Assembly: GCA_963703225.1 (NCBI GenBank)
Contig: OY969801.1
Coordinates: forward strand, 96,001 to 160,000
Reading direction: 5' to 3'
Origin: Candidatus Eiseniibacteriota bacterium
Lineage (GTDB): Bacteria > Eisenbacteria > RBG-16-71-46 > SZUA-252
DNA length: 64,000 nt
Under the pieces are notes generated by a model that worked only from the letters and a program-made list of their open reading frames with translations, was not told the origin of the DNA and searched no databases. Position 1 is the first letter of the stretch; the number at the start of each line of letters is the position of its first letter. The position numbers and the translations under genes were made by a program. Positions 62,280 through 64,000 of this stretch are shown here, piece by piece.

Positions 62280-62327
62280 CGAGGGCTCCCCGAGGATCCT
62301 GATCAGCGCCCGCTCGGCGGCATTCGT

Positions 62328-63224
62328 CTACTTCCTCGCGGCGACGAAGAGATTGTCCAGGTTGAGGCGCCCACGGCTGACCGTGAAGAGCGCGCGCGCC
62401 GCCCCGAACCAGGTGTTCTTCACGCCTCTGAGGAGCGGACTCCTGCTCCCCGAGACGCTTTGGATGGGATGCATGTGCACGAACTCCACTCGCGAGAATC
62501 CATTCCGCTCCAAGAGCCGCCGCAGGCTCCCGGTGGAATAGTGGTGGAGGTGATCGCGGGCCTGCAGGTAGCCCACGTTCGGCCGCATGCCCCGCAGCAG
62601 CCTCTTGAGCCGGGCCTTGGGTAGCTGGACGTTGATATTGGGCGTGTGCATGAAACAGATTCCGCCTTCCGAGAGGAGGGCGTGGCAATGCCGGAGCAGC
62701 GCGTCCGGCTCCAGGATGTGCTCGATCACATCCCACATGGTGATGATGTCGAACGTGCCCGGTTGAAATCCGGCGTCCTCGAGTCTCCCGCACGCGACGC
62801 GGGCGAGCCCGAGCGTCTCCCGGGCGTACCGCACGGCCCCCGGGGCAATCTCGCAGCCGTGCGCCTCCCAATTCCGGAATGGCTCGATCGTCTTGAGGAA
62901 GAAACCGAGGCCACAACCCACATCGAGGAGCTTCCCGGAGCGCCGCTCGAGAAACTTCCGCGCGAAGTCCTGGTACATCCTCGCGTGGGCGACATTCCAA
63001 TAGAAGACATCAGGCTCCGCCAGCTGCGCGTCCCAATACCCGGCGTAATGGGCCTCGGCCGGGAATGAGGAGAAGACATGGTGACAATGACGGCACCGAA
63101 GGATGTCGGTGCCGAACTCGTGGAAAACAATTTGGTGCTCTGAGCCGCCGCAGAGCATGCAGCGCGGAGCGCTCGGGTGCTGGCCGAACGGATGCCCTTG
63201 GACTTGTTCCTCGGTCAGCGTCAT
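62328..63224 (-). CDS. Class I SAM-dependent methyltransferase with N-terminal Cys cluster
   Basis: 'CMLC..CRHC', 'LLDVGCGLG' and 'FDIITMWDVIEH'. Confidence 0.88.
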   Translation of the reverse strand: MTLTEEQVQGHPFGQHPSAPRCMLCGGSEHQIVFHEFGTDILRCRHCHHVFSSFPAEAHYAGYWDAQLAEPDVFYWNVAHARMYQDFARKFLERRSGKLLDVGCGLGFFLKTIEPFRNWEAHGCEIAPGAVRYARETLGLARVACGRLEDAGFQPGTFDIITMWDVIEHILEPDALLRHCHALLSEGGICFMHTPNINVQLPKARLKRLLRGMRPNVGYLQARDHLHHYSTGSLRRLLERNGFSRVEFVHMHPIQSVSGSRSPLLRGVKNTWFGAARALFTVSRGRLNLDNLFVAARK

Positions 63225-63230
63225 CCCCCG

Positions 63231-63653
63231 TCACTCTCCGATGATCTTGATCAGGACCCGTTTCGGTCGCCGCCCGTCAAACTCGCCATAGAATATCCTC
63301 TCCCAGGGGCCAAAATCGAGCTTCCCCTTGGTGATGGCCACCACCACCTCGCGACCCATGATCTGGCGCTTGTGGTGGGCGTCCGCGTTGTCCTCCCCGG
63401 TCCGGTTGTGGTGGTAGCGCTTGGGGCTCGCGTCGAAGGGGGCGAGTTCCTCGAGCCATCGCTTGTAGTCCTCGTGCAGGCCCGGCTCGTCGTCGTTGAT
63501 GAAGACGCTCGCCGTGATGTGCATCGCGTTGACGAGGCAGAGCCCCTCTTGGACGCCGCTCGCCTCCACCGCGTCCTCCACTTCCGGGGTGATGTGGACG
63601 AAGTCCATCCTCGCGGGGACGTTGAACGTCAGGGTCTTTCGGTAGCTCTTCAT
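63231..63653 (-). CDS. yjbQ: YjbQ (UPF0047) family protein
   Basis: '[13 protein letters not shown]', 'EDNADAH' and '[21 protein letters not shown]'. Confidence 0.92.
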   Translation of the reverse strand: MKSYRKTLTFNVPARMDFVHITPEVEDAVEASGVQEGLCLVNAMHITASVFINDDEPGLHEDYKRWLEELAPFDASPKRYHHNRTGEDNADAHHKRQIMGREVVVAITKGKLDFGPWERIFYGEFDGRRPKRVLIKIIGE

Positions 63654-63663
63654 GGTCTCTCCA

Positions 63664-64000
63664 TCATTCGAACAGGAGCCTTCGTTGCGCGGCCGCCCGG
63701 CGCCTGGCTTGCGCCTGCTGCAAGAGCGCGAGCGTCGCGAGGGTCTTCTGGCACCACGCCACCGTCGCTTCGGACTGGCGCTCGACAAACTCCAAGGAGA
63801 AAAGCCAGAAGCGGAGGTTGGGGTGGCGGTGGTCACCCCGTGGAAGCTGGTCTTGGAGCTTGCGGAGCCGACGCACTTGCTCCGACTCGTCCTCGAGAAG
63901 GGCCCGGATCCACGCCTCGGGGGGATCGAGAAACTCTCGATCCGCGAGAAAGAGCTTCAGGAGTAGCTCGTTTCGAGGGCGCGGCGTCCTGGGCGTCTCG
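63664..64000 (-). CDS. C-terminal part of a PadR (AphA-like) regulator (5' end outside window)
   Basis: Frame open to the window edge: '[13 protein letters not shown]...FWLFSLEF...VAWC'. Confidence 0.7.
   Translation of the reverse strand, partial: ETPRTPRPRNELLLKLFLADREFLDPPEAWIRALLEDESEQVRRLRKLQDQLPRGDHRHPNLRFWLFSLEFVERQSEATVAWCQKTLATLALLQQAQARRRAAAQRRLLFE

Noticed and set aside
1..64000. Prophage, IS, integron, defence island, rRNA or tRNA
   Set aside because: I recognised no integrase, transposase, phage structural gene, cas or restriction gene, or tRNA/rRNA signature by eye.

Overview
This is a high-GC bacterial chromosomal region with about 52 genes. I infer an FCB-group lineage such as Ca. 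Eisenbacteria from the FlgD-Ig/PNPFNP-tailed secreted protein and the DUF4175-TPR-'AsnB-like' cluster; this is not proven. Housekeeping genes include sucA-sucB-lpdA, an SSADH, fadE, dapF, acpS, nnr, bioY, chaA, an ABC-F and YjbQ. An envelope-protein block spans 4.3-22 kb: beta-barrels, an octaheme TPR cytochrome, MscS, a HET-C/Zn-PLC-like protein, DUF3943, DUF5916 and orphan SdpR/SdpI. The best candidate for an undescribed system is 39.7-49.4 kb. It holds a membrane Ser/Thr kinase, an exported metallophosphoesterase, an Omp85 barrel, a signal-peptide-bearing HipA/PI3K-like kinase and two Npt-type nucleotide transporters, which suggests ATP-fed extracytoplasmic phosphorylation. Other notable items are an unannotated sigma54-type transcript encoding a 20-aa hydrophobic peptide, a bidirectional ECF promoter, widespread leaderless starts, a probable CTG start and an internally deleted kinase duplicate. 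Nine single-base frameshifts are probably sequencing errors. I saw no rRNA, tRNA, CRISPR array or transposase. Family assignments come from motif recognition, not database searches.
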